Shown: positions 1 to 8,524 of the stretch, piece after piece | Layout: every line of letters begins with the position of its first letter | How positions within the stretch are numbered: position 1 is the first letter of the stretch | From: an uncultured Prevotella sp. | GTDB lineage: Bacteria; Bacteroidota; Bacteroidia; Bacteroidales; Bacteroidaceae | Assembly (NCBI GenBank): GCA_900314365.1 | Contig: OMVH01000193.1 | Location: 1-44,177, forward strand | Direction: 5' to 3' | Length of the DNA: 44,177 nucleotides | The notes under the pieces: generated by a model | Told to the model about the DNA's origin: nothing | What the model saw: only the letters and a program-made list of their open reading frames with translations | Database searches by the model: none | Program-made: the position numbers and the translations under genes

Positions 1-11
1 TACTAAGGGCG

Positions 12-84
12 AACAAGAAAACCATTCTACATTCGTAGCTTGCGGACGGCCACAAGGGCCGCGCCCTGCAAGTGGATATTTGAG
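12..84. repeat. REP-like palindromic element (copy 1, probably continues left of the window)
   Basis: 41-84 TGCGGACGGCCACAAGGGCCGCGCCCTGCAAGTGGATATTTGAG matches the reverse complement of 18574-18616 with 2 substitutions and 1 indel. Weaker similarity (AACAAGAAA...) extends to about 12. Confidence 0.8.
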
Positions 85-94
85 GACGGACTCT

Positions 95-755
95 AACCAA
101 ACTATCTGCGGCACCTTCTTCCCCCTTCCTGCTCACCATGACGGGTATGTTCCAGGACTTTATGAAGCTCTTCCCCTGGGCCATCACCATTGTGCTCATG
201 GTGTCGCTCTTGGTGGCCGAGCTCATCGTGCCCTTCATGCAGTTCTGGTTCATCCGCAAGCTGGCCAAAGTAGAGAAGACACAGGAGGACGGACAGATAT
301 GCCACCGCAACGGAGTGCGCACCATCACTGTCATGGCTGACGTGGCCGACTGTGTGAACGTCATGAACCTCACCAAGGCCTTGCTGAAACAGTTCACGCA
401 GGAGAAGATGCCCAGTGGCGTCACGATGACGTGGGGCGGCGAATACGATATGTCGGGCGAGACGATGCCGCAGATAGTCGGAGCGTTGGTCATTGCAGTG
501 GTCATTATCTTTTTTATCCTCCTTGGCCATTTCAAACGCATCAGCACCTTCCGTGCTCGTACTTTCATCATTGCTGCTGACGCTCTTCGGCGCAGCTGTC
601 GGCGTGTGGGTGACGGGCATCGACTTTTTTTATGACCTGCTTCTTAGGTATCGTCTCGCTGATGGGTATCCTCGTCAGAAACGCCATCATCATGTTCGAC
701 TATGCTGAGGAGCTGCGCACCACCGAGCACCTCACAGCCCACGAGGCCATTTTTA
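95..755 (+). pseudogene. RND efflux permease (AcrB/AcrD/AcrF family) remnant with frameshifts and internal deletion
   Basis: RND-like segments lie in changing frames: TICGTFFP (frame of 80..340), MTGMFQDF...FWFIRK joined directly to RNGVRTITVMADV...TWGGEY...IIFFILLGHFKRIS (138..635), LSSLLLTLFGAAVG (493..708), and FLGIVSLMGILVRNAIIMFDYAEELR (632..). The total is far shorter than the ~1000 aa family norm. Confidence 0.85.
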
Positions 756-758
756 AGT

Positions 759-1102
759 ATGCTGACCCTGGAGCAATGCCGCGACGCGGCCATCAACCAC
801 AATATGAGGAGCAGGAAGCGCGAGAGCAGCTGGCCGATAAGCAGCAACTGCTCAGCATCAAAGTGCAGAAGAGCTGGGACGACGTCACCGTGGCCTACCG
901 CAAGACACTCATCGCCAGACGAAGCATTGAGCAGAGCCGCGAAAACCTACGACTCAATGAGCAGTTCTATCATGCAGGGACAGGCAAGATGACCGATCTC
1001 CTCGATGCTCAGCAGCAGGTACAACAGAGCCGCGACAACTGGGTGGAGGCTGTCGCTATGTACCGCCTGCGCTTGGCCGAATACGAGGAGATGACAAAGT
1101 AA
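759..1102 (+). pseudogene. TolC-family outer-membrane efflux protein remnant (N-terminal and C-terminal pieces only)
   Basis: LTLEQCRDAAINHN (TolC N-terminal motif, from 759) abuts, in another frame, the C-terminal repeat IEQSRENLRLNEQFYHAGTGKMTDLLDAQ, which ends at TAA 1102. Confidence 0.8.
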
Positions 1103-1121
1103 CTACCGCAGGCAGCATCAA

Positions 1122-3323
1122 TCATATCACACGTGAAGTCCATCCTGTGGGCAAACTGAGCTTATAGTCCCGCTTACCATTCTTGAATTGCCACTCCAGT
1201 TTGATTTCCTCATTACCCACGGGGACAACGCCTTTGCAATGGCTCAAGCCACTATCAACGAAGCGCAGAGTCACTACTTTCCTGACGGGGTCGATTTTAT
1301 AGAGACCGAGCAAGTCGCGGAAGTAGACATGAATCAGATGAGAGGCAAAGCCATGACAACAGCTTGCCGTAGGAGTCATGTTCTCCCAAAGCGTTCCCGT
1401 GAGGTCGGCCATTTTTTCATAACCGGCAATGGTCTCGCTTACGAGTTGTCTCGGAAGTCCCTCACGGGATAGCAACTCAAGTCTGAGATAATTACCAATG
1501 AAGGCATTGGCGAAACTCACTTGAGGATAAGCATTGTGCTGCTGTCGTTCGGGACCGAACTCATCGCGCAGCTTCTTCCACAATTCCGGATAAGTTGAGG
1601 GCGTGGCCACTCCGAAATAGAAGAGGTAGTACTGGCAGGCCTCTGTCGTGTTAGCCGTTTGTGGTACGAGCCGGCCTCCCTTTCTCACAGCATTGTCGCA
1701 GAAGAACTGACCATTGAAAGCCTGTTTGCGGATGGCCTCTCTCACCCTCTCAGCCTGGCTATGAAGCTGACTGTCGCCATAAAGCCGGGCTGCGGCATCG
1801 AGCATTCCGGCATAAAGGGCATTAGTGGGGTAGTTGACATCCTGCACATATTTAGCTGCGTCGCTCCACTCCACAAACACCCACTTAGGGAGCTTCTCCA
1901 ACAGGCCGTCGCTGTTGATGTAGGGTTTAAAGTAATCAAGCAGTCCATAGACCTTCTGCCGGGCTTGAAGCACCGTCTGCAAATCGCCGCTGCGCTGATA
2001 GTACTCTTCAAGCTCAAGGACGAAGAACATGGCCCAGTTCGGAATATAGTTATGATTTTGGTGGTCGGAAGGATAGCACATGGGAAGCATCCCCTTATCA
2101 ATGTCAGGAAAATCGCGTGGCAAAAGGAAGTTCTGCAGAAAGTTGTGTTCCAGCCGTGTGTTACCACTCAGGTCGAAGGCCACTCGGGCTGCGAAGTAGC
2201 TGTCGCAAAGCCATCCGGCACGCTCACGCGAAGGACAGTCCATGAAGATGTCGAGAGAACTCTGACGCAGCGTCTCGCGAGCCACTTCAAAAAGTCGGTT
2301 GAGACGGCTATTGTCACAGTTGAACTGTCCGCGATGTACGTCGCTGTTGCAGTAATCGCGCATGTAGACGCGCTCCACCTTGCAGCTGCCCTTAGGGGTA
2401 ACAATCTCGGCATACTGCATCGTGTAGGGCTCAAAACTTTCCAAATCATAGGTACCGGGCTGTAACTCCCACGTAACGAAGGGCTTGACTCCAAGACGAG
2501 TATAAGTGGGATGACCGGTGCTGTCAGCAAGCTCGTCAAATCGAATAACGAGCGTAGTGGGCTCACTGACAGTGACCCGAGCCCCGATGAAACCGGTGCT
2601 GTTACCCTTGAACTTATAAACAGAGTCCTTCGTCCGCACAGCCTCATGAACAGTGTAGTCGGGATAGGGCACGCCACGCCCAATGAGCGACTTGGGAGCT
2701 GTCGGCTCAAGAAAGACGCGGCAGCTGTCGGCCTTGAAATGAGTATCCATAGCCCAGTCGGCAGAATGGGCGTCAAGGAAGTAATACTCTGTTGATGGTC
2801 TTTGGAAGCTGAACTTCTCAACATTCTGTTTACGAAGTTTCAGGTCGTAGCACTCAAAGTCAGTACCCGTGGCAGCGCAGACTTTTCCGTCGGTTTCAAT
2901 CTCAGCTTGCAGAAACGAGGGCTGAGCCAGAAGATAGTAATTGGGCTCGTTGTAGCCTGTCACCTCTATGCCCACCACATTATCACCTTTACGAAGTGCA
3001 CCGCTAAGGTCGTACTCATCGATGCGATAGAACCCATGAGCAGCCACACAAGGACCGTGGGCTACAAACTTTCCGTTCACGGTAAGGCGGTAATCAGCCG
3101 AGCACGTGAGGCGAATCTTTGCCCCGCGCGTGTCTCCTGCCCACACCACCTGTCGGAAGAAAAGCATCAGGCACTTCTCGCTTTCCCTACCCTGCGCCCA
3201 CACGGGCACAGCCTTCTTGAAAGTCGTGCAGTCTATACTGCCTCTGTTAACTACAGGGAGAGCAGCCTCCAAGTGCGCTCCGAGCCCCAAAAGGAGCAAT
3301 AGAAACAAGATGGTTCGTCTCAT
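1122..3323 (-). CDS. Alpha-L-rhamnosidase-like glycoside hydrolase (GH78-like), signal peptide
   Basis: ORF 1122..3332 with likely start MRRTILF at 3323. Motifs DCPSRERAGWLCDS, GTLWE and SCCHGFAS are typical of the (alpha/alpha)6 rhamnosidase domain. Confidence 0.85.
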   Translation of the reverse strand: MRRTILFLLLLLGLGAHLEAALPVVNRGSIDCTTFKKAVPVWAQGRESEKCLMLFFRQVVWAGDTRGAKIRLTCSADYRLTVNGKFVAHGPCVAAHGFYRIDEYDLSGALRKGDNVVGIEVTGYNEPNYYLLAQPSFLQAEIETDGKVCAATGTDFECYDLKLRKQNVEKFSFQRPSTEYYFLDAHSADWAMDTHFKADSCRVFLEPTAPKSLIGRGVPYPDYTVHEAVRTKDSVYKFKGNSTGFIGARVTVSEPTTLVIRFDELADSTGHPTYTRLGVKPFVTWELQPGTYDLESFEPYTMQYAEIVTPKGSCKVERVYMRDYCNSDVHRGQFNCDNSRLNRLFEVARETLRQSSLDIFMDCPSRERAGWLCDSYFAARVAFDLSGNTRLEHNFLQNFLLPRDFPDIDKGMLPMCYPSDHQNHNYIPNWAMFFVLELEEYYQRSGDLQTVLQARQKVYGLLDYFKPYINSDGLLEKLPKWVFVEWSDAAKYVQDVNYPTNALYAGMLDAAARLYGDSQLHSQAERVREAIRKQAFNGQFFCDNAVRKGGRLVPQTANTTEACQYYLFYFGVATPSTYPELWKKLRDEFGPERQQHNAYPQVSFANAFIGNYLRLELLSREGLPRQLVSETIAGYEKMADLTGTLWENMTPTASCCHGFASHLIHVYFRDLLGLYKIDPVRKVVTLRFVDSGLSHCKGVVPVGNEEIKLEWQFKNGKRDYKLSLPTGWTSRVI

Positions 3324-3388
3324 AAAGATCATGATATTAATGTTTCATAGCTTAGGGACTACTGTCAAGGACGGCAGACTCCCATGTG

Positions 3389-3419
3389 CAAATTTACACT
3401 TATTTTCCTATCCTGCAAA
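3389..3419 (-). promoter_or_regulatory. Bacteroidota sigma-A promoter for the rhamnosidase
   Basis: The minus strand reads TTTG (3419-3416), 19 nt, TAAATTTG (3396-3389). Confidence 0.65.
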
Positions 3420-3679
3420 ACTTGCAATCGATATTTTTCCTCTTTATCACAACTCCGGCTCAAGTTCCTTGCATTTTCAACCATTCGCTGCAAGAATCCC
3501 TTCCGTTTCCTGGCTGCAAACGACCACAATGGCAACATCTGATTATTTTCGAAAATACATTGCACACCCTCCCAATTTGGAGTGCCAATTGGCCCGAAAA
3601 CCTTCAGACGTAATCACCAAGGCATTACAAGCCAGCATGCACAGAAGCACTTAGTAGGATTGAATAAAATCGAATAAAA

Positions 3680-3711
3680 TTTGGCGGTATTATCGATTAT
3701 CATTACATTTG
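3680..3711 (+). promoter_or_regulatory. Bacteroidota sigma-A promoter for the 87-aa membrane protein
   Basis: TTTG (3680-3683), 20 nt, TACATTTG (3704-3711). Confidence 0.65.
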
Positions 3712-3777
3712 CACCGACAAAGTGGACCTGAGGGCCGCTGCATGTCATGAGGAAACAGAACCGTAATTGTATTAACA

Positions 3778-4041
3778 ATGAACAGAAAAGCAAAAACATT
3801 TCTGGTATGGGCACTGTCCGTAGTGCTCGCTTACCTGTCGGGGTTAATGGCCTCTTCGTTCGCCATCGGCGACCGCAACCTTTTGGTCACGGTAGTAGCC
3901 ATAGCCACCATCGTCATTACACTGCTATGGGCCGGACGCAACGCCAAGCCCATGCAGACAGGGTTGAAAGCAGGCTACATCATCCTGTTAGCCATCGTGG
4001 CTGTCCTCGGATTTGTTCTCTCGATCAAGGGAATTGTGTAA
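3778..4041 (+). CDS. Small hypothetical membrane protein (about 3 TM helices)
   Basis: 87-aa ORF with three hydrophobic stretches. It has its own promoter, an A/T-rich pre-ATG context and a downstream terminator. Confidence 0.75.
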   Translation: MNRKAKTFLVWALSVVLAYLSGLMASSFAIGDRNLLVTVVAIATIVITLLWAGRNAKPMQTGLKAGYIILLAIVAVLGFVLSIKGIV

Positions 4042-4088
4042 TTCCTCAAGAAAGTCACCCTATCGGGCCTCTTTCGAGAACATGCAGG

Positions 4089-4135
4089 CAAAAAATAAAT
4101 CCCGGTGACCATGAGTCATCGGGATTTATTTTTTG
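4089..4135. terminator. Bidirectional intrinsic terminator
   Basis: CAAAAAATAAATCCCGGTGAC-CATGA-GTCATCGGGATTTATTTTTTG lies between convergent genes. Confidence 0.9.
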
Positions 4136-4161
4136 TCTAAGCCGTCAGCGTAATCCTTCGA

Positions 4162-5367
4162 TTACTTGTTGTTGGCATCGTCATTGAATGTAGCCACACG
4201 ATTGAACTCAACCTGCTCGAAGAGCTTGTCTGTGGCACCGCAACCAACAGCCTTGAGCCGGCTTGCAGCAATCTTGTACTTCTTCACCAATGCGGCCTTC
4301 ACGGCATCAGCACGAGCCTGAGAGAGCTTCTGATTGATTTCAGCAGAGCCCTCGGGCGAAGCATAACCCTTGATGGTCACTTTAGCGTCGGAATGATTCT
4401 TCATGTAAGTAGCAATGAGCTCAATCGGAGCATACTGTGCGGGATCGATAGTGCTCTTGCCCTGACGGAAGAGAACAGTGGGCTGCAGGTTGGTGGCAGT
4501 AGCGGGCTTCACGTAAGTGGTCTTAGGCTTCTTATTGCACTCGTCAAGAGCGTTCTGCAGGTCGCTAATCTGACGATCCTTCTCACTCAGCTGGCTCTCT
4601 TTGCTGTTGAGCTCGCTGCGCAGGCTGTTAATCTGTGCATTGAGACCGTCGATCTGTGACTGGTCACGAAGCTGGGCAATAGTGAAGTTGTGGGTACCGT
4701 TGGAATTCTTGAACTTGTAGACAATACCTGCATTGAGCTGCACGAAGCCCTTGTTGAGGTTGTAAGCTGTTCCCTCATAGCCGAAGCCATTCAGTCCCCA
4801 AACCACAGCAGGCTCAATGTAGAGCTGCCAGGCCTTGTTCTGACCAAGGTTGAAAGCGAAATCAAGTCCAGCCTTTGAAGTGAGACTGTTGGAACGGACA
4901 ATGTTCTGACGAGCTACATTCGTAAAGTCAGTCGGATTATAATCCTGGCTAACATACTTACCTTTCTGTCCGAAAACATGGCCCCAACCCAGGCCATAGA
5001 TGGCACTCACCTCAAAAACGCGGGGCTCACCCTTGTAGCCACCAAACCAATTGCTCAGGTTCACGGTTCCAATAAGACCGGTGTTGAGAGCACGAAAAGC
5101 AGTACCTACGGAGTTCCAGGGCTTGTTGGAGAAGTAAGCATTGCTCTCCACAGCAAGACCGAAGACCGGAGTGAAGTTACGACCCAAGCGAATGCCGAAG
5201 TTGGGATTGAGATTCTTCATCCATCCATTCACACCGGTAGCTTTTGTGGCTACACCACCATTGATGCCGAAATAGACATTGTCGAAAGTCTTGCTTTCAG
5301 TAACGGTCTGTGCTGAAGCAGCAGCCGTCATGAGAGCGGCAGCAAACAATAAAACTAACTTTTTCAT
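4162..5367 (-). CDS. OmpA-family outer membrane protein
   Basis: Signal peptide, beta-barrel-like N-terminal domain, coiled-coil linker and C-terminal OmpA motif GYASPEGSAEINQKLSQARADAV...NRV. Confidence 0.95.
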   Translation of the reverse strand: MKKLVLLFAAALMTAAASAQTVTESKTFDNVYFGINGGVATKATGVNGWMKNLNPNFGIRLGRNFTPVFGLAVESNAYFSNKPWNSVGTAFRALNTGLIGTVNLSNWFGGYKGEPRVFEVSAIYGLGWGHVFGQKGKYVSQDYNPTDFTNVARQNIVRSNSLTSKAGLDFAFNLGQNKAWQLYIEPAVVWGLNGFGYEGTAYNLNKGFVQLNAGIVYKFKNSNGTHNFTIAQLRDQSQIDGLNAQINSLRSELNSKESQLSEKDRQISDLQNALDECNKKPKTTYVKPATATNLQPTVLFRQGKSTIDPAQYAPIELIATYMKNHSDAKVTIKGYASPEGSAEINQKLSQARADAVKAALVKKYKIAASRLKAVGCGATDKLFEQVEFNRVATFNDDANNK

Positions 5368-5548
5368 TTCTCTAATTTAATTATGTAACAATGTTTCAAT
5401 CCTTTTATAGCGTGCAAAGTAAGTTATTTTCCCTTGAACTTCCAAATAAAATGCTCGAAATTTCATCTCACTTGTTGTAGAAAGCTTAAAAAGAGAAAAA
5501 AAAGTGATGTTTCGATAATTCACTTTCGGCTATGCGGCTTCTTTTTAG

Positions 5549-5556
5549 TAACTTCG
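5549..5556 (+). promoter_or_regulatory. -7 promoter-like element directly upstream of cobU
   Basis: TAACTTCG (1 mismatch to TAnnTTTG) ends 5 nt before ATG 5562. Confidence 0.45.
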
Positions 5557-5561
5557 CTCCT

Positions 5562-6101
5562 ATGAAACGCATCATTCTCATCACAGGCGGACAAAGGTCG
5601 GGCAAGAGCCAATATGCAGAGCGACTGGCTCTCAGCTTGAGCCCCCACCCCGTCTATCTCGCTACAGCACATGTATGGGACAACGAATTCCGTCAACGTG
5701 TGGAAGCTCACCGGAAGCGGCGAGGCAGCGAGTGGACCAACATTGAAGAGGAAAAATGGCTTAGCCGCCACGATGTCAAAGGCCGCGTGGTAGTGGTCGA
5801 TTGCATCACGCTGTGGTGCACCAACTTTTTCTACGATCGACAGAAACAGGAGTGGGAGCAGCCCTCCGTTGACGAGGCTCTCACGGCAGCCAGAGATGAG
5901 TTCGACCGTTTCACGTCACAGGATGCCACGTTCATCTTTGTCACTAATGAGATTGGAAGTGGCGGAGTGAGCGACAACGTCGTGCAGAGGCGGTTCACCG
6001 ATCTCGAAGGCTGGATGAACCAATATGTCGCTTCAAGGGCTGACGAAGTGGTGCTCATGGTGTGCGGTATACCTTTAAAAATAAAAGGAGAAAAAGAATG
6101 A
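5562..6101 (+). CDS. cobU: Adenosylcobinamide kinase / adenosylcobinamide-phosphate guanylyltransferase
   Basis: Motifs ITGGQRSGKS, YLATA, H..RR...W..IEE, VVDCITLW and TNEIGSG. Start trimmed to MKRIILIT. Confidence 0.95.
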   Translation: MKRIILITGGQRSGKSQYAERLALSLSPHPVYLATAHVWDNEFRQRVEAHRKRRGSEWTNIEEEKWLSRHDVKGRVVVVDCITLWCTNFFYDRQKQEWEQPSVDEALTAARDEFDRFTSQDATFIFVTNEIGSGGVSDNVVQRRFTDLEGWMNQYVASRADEVVLMVCGIPLKIKGEKE

Positions 6102-7144
6102 TGACTTTCCACATAGAGCCAACAGACAAATCGCTTGCCCCGGCAGCCTCAGAGAAGATTGACAATCTGAACAAGCCGCTGAAATCTATGGGACGGCTTG
6201 AGGACTTGGCTCTGCAAGTGTGTCTGGTGCAGCATACACTGTCGCCACGGCTGACGCATCCCTGTCATATTCTCTTCGGCGCCGACCATGGCATTGAGCA
6301 CGAAGGTGTGAGCGTGGCCCCAAGGAGCGTCACCTGGCAACAGATGCTGAACTTTGCCCAGGGGGGCGGAGGTGTGAACATGTTGTGCCGGCAGCATGGA
6401 TTCAAGCTCAGAATTGTCGATGTGGGAGTAGATCACGACCTATCTTCCTGCCCTGGCATCATTCACAGGAAGATAGCATGGGGAACGCGCGACTTCCTCA
6501 ATGAGGCAGCCATGACCCAAGAAGAAATGAACAGGGCCATTAACGTGGGTGTTGAGATGGCCGATGCATGCATTGCAGAGGGATGCAACGTGCTTTCACT
6601 CGGCGAGATGGGCATCGGAAACACTTCGCCCTCAAGTCTCTGGATGGCAGAGCTCGGTCAACTGCCTCTTAAGCTCTGCGTGGGTGCAGGGTCGGGGCTC
6701 GATGCCGATGGAGTCAACCATAAGCTTCACGTACTGCAACAAGCAGCCGACCGCTTCCATGCTTCTCATGCTGTCAGGACAACGGAAGATGTCCTGTGCT
6801 ACTTCGGTGGGTTCGAGATGATAGCGGCATTGGGAGCTATGCTCAGAGCAGCCGAGAAACACTGCCTCATTCTCGTCGACGGCTTCATCATGTCGGCTTG
6901 TATGCTTGCGGCCTCGAAACTTCAACCGGCCGTAACCGACTATGCCATATTCTGCCACGAAGGCGATGAGGGCGGTCACCGACTGCTGCTAAGCCTCATG
7001 AAAGCCCAGCCACTGCTGAATCTCGGAATGCGCTTAGGAGAAGGCACGGGCGCACTCTGCGCCTACCCGCTCGTCGACACCGCTGTCAGGATGATTAACG
7101 AAATGAACAACTTCAACAATGCACATATCGATAAATACTTCTAA
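6098..7144 (+). CDS. cobT: Nicotinate-nucleotide--dimethylbenzimidazole phosphoribosyltransferase
   Basis: Motifs KP..SMGRLE, ADHGI, GEMGIGNT and LGMRLGEGTGA. ATGA overlap with cobU. Confidence 0.95.
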   Translation: MMTFHIEPTDKSLAPAASEKIDNLNKPLKSMGRLEDLALQVCLVQHTLSPRLTHPCHILFGADHGIEHEGVSVAPRSVTWQQMLNFAQGGGGVNMLCRQHGFKLRIVDVGVDHDLSSCPGIIHRKIAWGTRDFLNEAAMTQEEMNRAINVGVEMADACIAEGCNVLSLGEMGIGNTSPSSLWMAELGQLPLKLCVGAGSGLDADGVNHKLHVLQQAADRFHASHAVRTTEDVLCYFGGFEMIAALGAMLRAAEKHCLILVDGFIMSACMLAASKLQPAVTDYAIFCHEGDEGGHRLLLSLMKAQPLLNLGMRLGEGTGALCAYPLVDTAVRMINEMNNFNNAHIDKYF

Positions 7145-7901
7145 ATGGTACGACCGCATCTGGGCGTCGTTCATCTTCTTTACGCGGCTTCCTTTCTGGC
7201 GGCTTCACCAACCCCCGAGACAGTCGTTCGAAACTGTAGTTGAACACTGGCCCCTGACAGGATGGATGACGGGCTGCGCCATGGCTTCTGTACTGTGGTT
7301 CGGGTCCATGATAATGCCGTGGGCTGTGGCAGTGTTGCTGGCTATCGTCCTCAGACTTCTGCTCACTGGAGCCCTTCATGAGGACGGCCTCGCCGACTTC
7401 TTCGATGGCTTCGGCGGAGGGGGCTCCAACAGGGAGCTAATCCTCGACATCATGAAGGACTCGCGCACAGGAACCTATGGAGTTCTCGGGCTTATCATCT
7501 ATGAGCTGCTGCTCTTCTTCTGCCTCTTCACGCTTCGCCCGGAAATGGCAGCCTTGGCCGTTATCGCTGCCGATCCCTACTCTAAGATGATAACCGCACA
7601 ACTAACGCAAATGATGCCCTATGCACGCACCGAAGCAAGTTCAAAGGCACATGTTGTCTACCGTAAATTCACAGTTGCCGCAGGTATCAGTCTCTTTCTA
7701 CAGGGCATAATTCCACTCTTGGTGTTTCTCTTCACCACGGGAAAGCGTTGGGACCTACTGGTATTTGTTCCCTGTCTTGTCATGTATTTTCTCTATCTAT
7801 TCATCTGGCGTAGACTCCGCGGCTACACGGGCGATTGCTGCGGGGCCGTATGCCTGCTGACAGAGCTCAGTTTCTACCTCACACTCGTCACTATTAAATA
7901 A
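7119..7901 (+). CDS. cobS: Adenosylcobinamide-GDP ribazoletransferase (cobalamin synthase)
   Basis: Motifs FFTRLP, TGALHEDGLADFFDG, IMKDSR.GTYG and GYTGDCCGA. Confidence 0.95.
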   Translation: MHISINTSKWYDRIWASFIFFTRLPFWRLHQPPRQSFETVVEHWPLTGWMTGCAMASVLWFGSMIMPWAVAVLLAIVLRLLLTGALHEDGLADFFDGFGGGGSNRELILDIMKDSRTGTYGVLGLIIYELLLFFCLFTLRPEMAALAVIAADPYSKMITAQLTQMMPYARTEASSKAHVVYRKFTVAAGISLFLQGIIPLLVFLFTTGKRWDLLVFVPCLVMYFLYLFIWRRLRGYTGDCCGAVCLLTELSFYLTLVTIK

Positions 7902-7907
7902 TCTACT

Positions 7908-8444
7908 ATGCGCATCATACTCATCCGTCATACAAGCGTCGACGTGCCCATAGGCACCTGCTATGGGTGGAGCGACGTCCCTGTAGCCTCGACCTTTGCC
8001 GAGGAAGCAGCTATAACATCAGAGAATCTCAAAAAGTACGGTCCCATGGATGCCGTATTCTCGTCGCCTCTGACACGGGCCCGTAAGCTCGCAGCTTTCT
8101 GCGGATACCCCCATCCGCAGATTGACGAACGACTGAAGGAGATGAACATGGGCGACTGGGAGATGCGACTCTACGACGAAATTGCAGCCCACGATCCGCG
8201 TATACTAGAATGGTACCGCGACTACATGAACCTTAGTTGTACCGGCGGTGAAAGCTATCAGGATGTTTATCGGCGCGTGGCCTCCTTTCTTGACGACACT
8301 ATGAAAGGTCCCTGGCAACAAGTAGCAGTCTTCGCCCATGCAGGAGTATTGGTCTGCGCCGGTATCTGGGGCGGTCTGTTCTCTAAAGCCGAAGCCTACG
8401 ACAACTTGGTCAGTTACGGGGGAATTGAAGTAGTGGAGAAATAA
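7908..8444 (+). CDS. cobC: Alpha-ribazole phosphatase (histidine phosphatase family)
   Basis: Motifs LIRHT, SSPLTRA, LKEMNMGDWE, GGES and HAG; located in the cob operon. Confidence 0.9.
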   Translation: MRIILIRHTSVDVPIGTCYGWSDVPVASTFAEEAAITSENLKKYGPMDAVFSSPLTRARKLAAFCGYPHPQIDERLKEMNMGDWEMRLYDEIAAHDPRILEWYRDYMNLSCTGGESYQDVYRRVASFLDDTMKGPWQQVAVFAHAGVLVCAGIWGGLFSKAEAYDNLVSYGGIEVVEK

Positions 8445-8447
8445 TAA

Positions 8448-8474
8448 TCCCCAGCTCCTTGCGGGAACCGGGGA
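8448..8474 (-). terminator. Hairpin terminator between cobC and GH20
   Basis: The minus strand reads CCCCGGTTCC-CGCAA-GGAGCTGGGG followed by ATTATTATTT. The G-U pairs favour the minus strand. Confidence 0.6.
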
Positions 8475-8524
8475 ATGGATTCTACCCATATCGCAAACAT
8501 CTGTCTGTCAGCTACAGAGCAAAC

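Noticed and set aside
632-1102. Novel functional AcrB-TolC fusion protein
   Set aside because: It consists of one TM fragment, an out-of-frame linker and a TolC C-terminal piece inside a frameshifted remnant, so it is better explained as decay.
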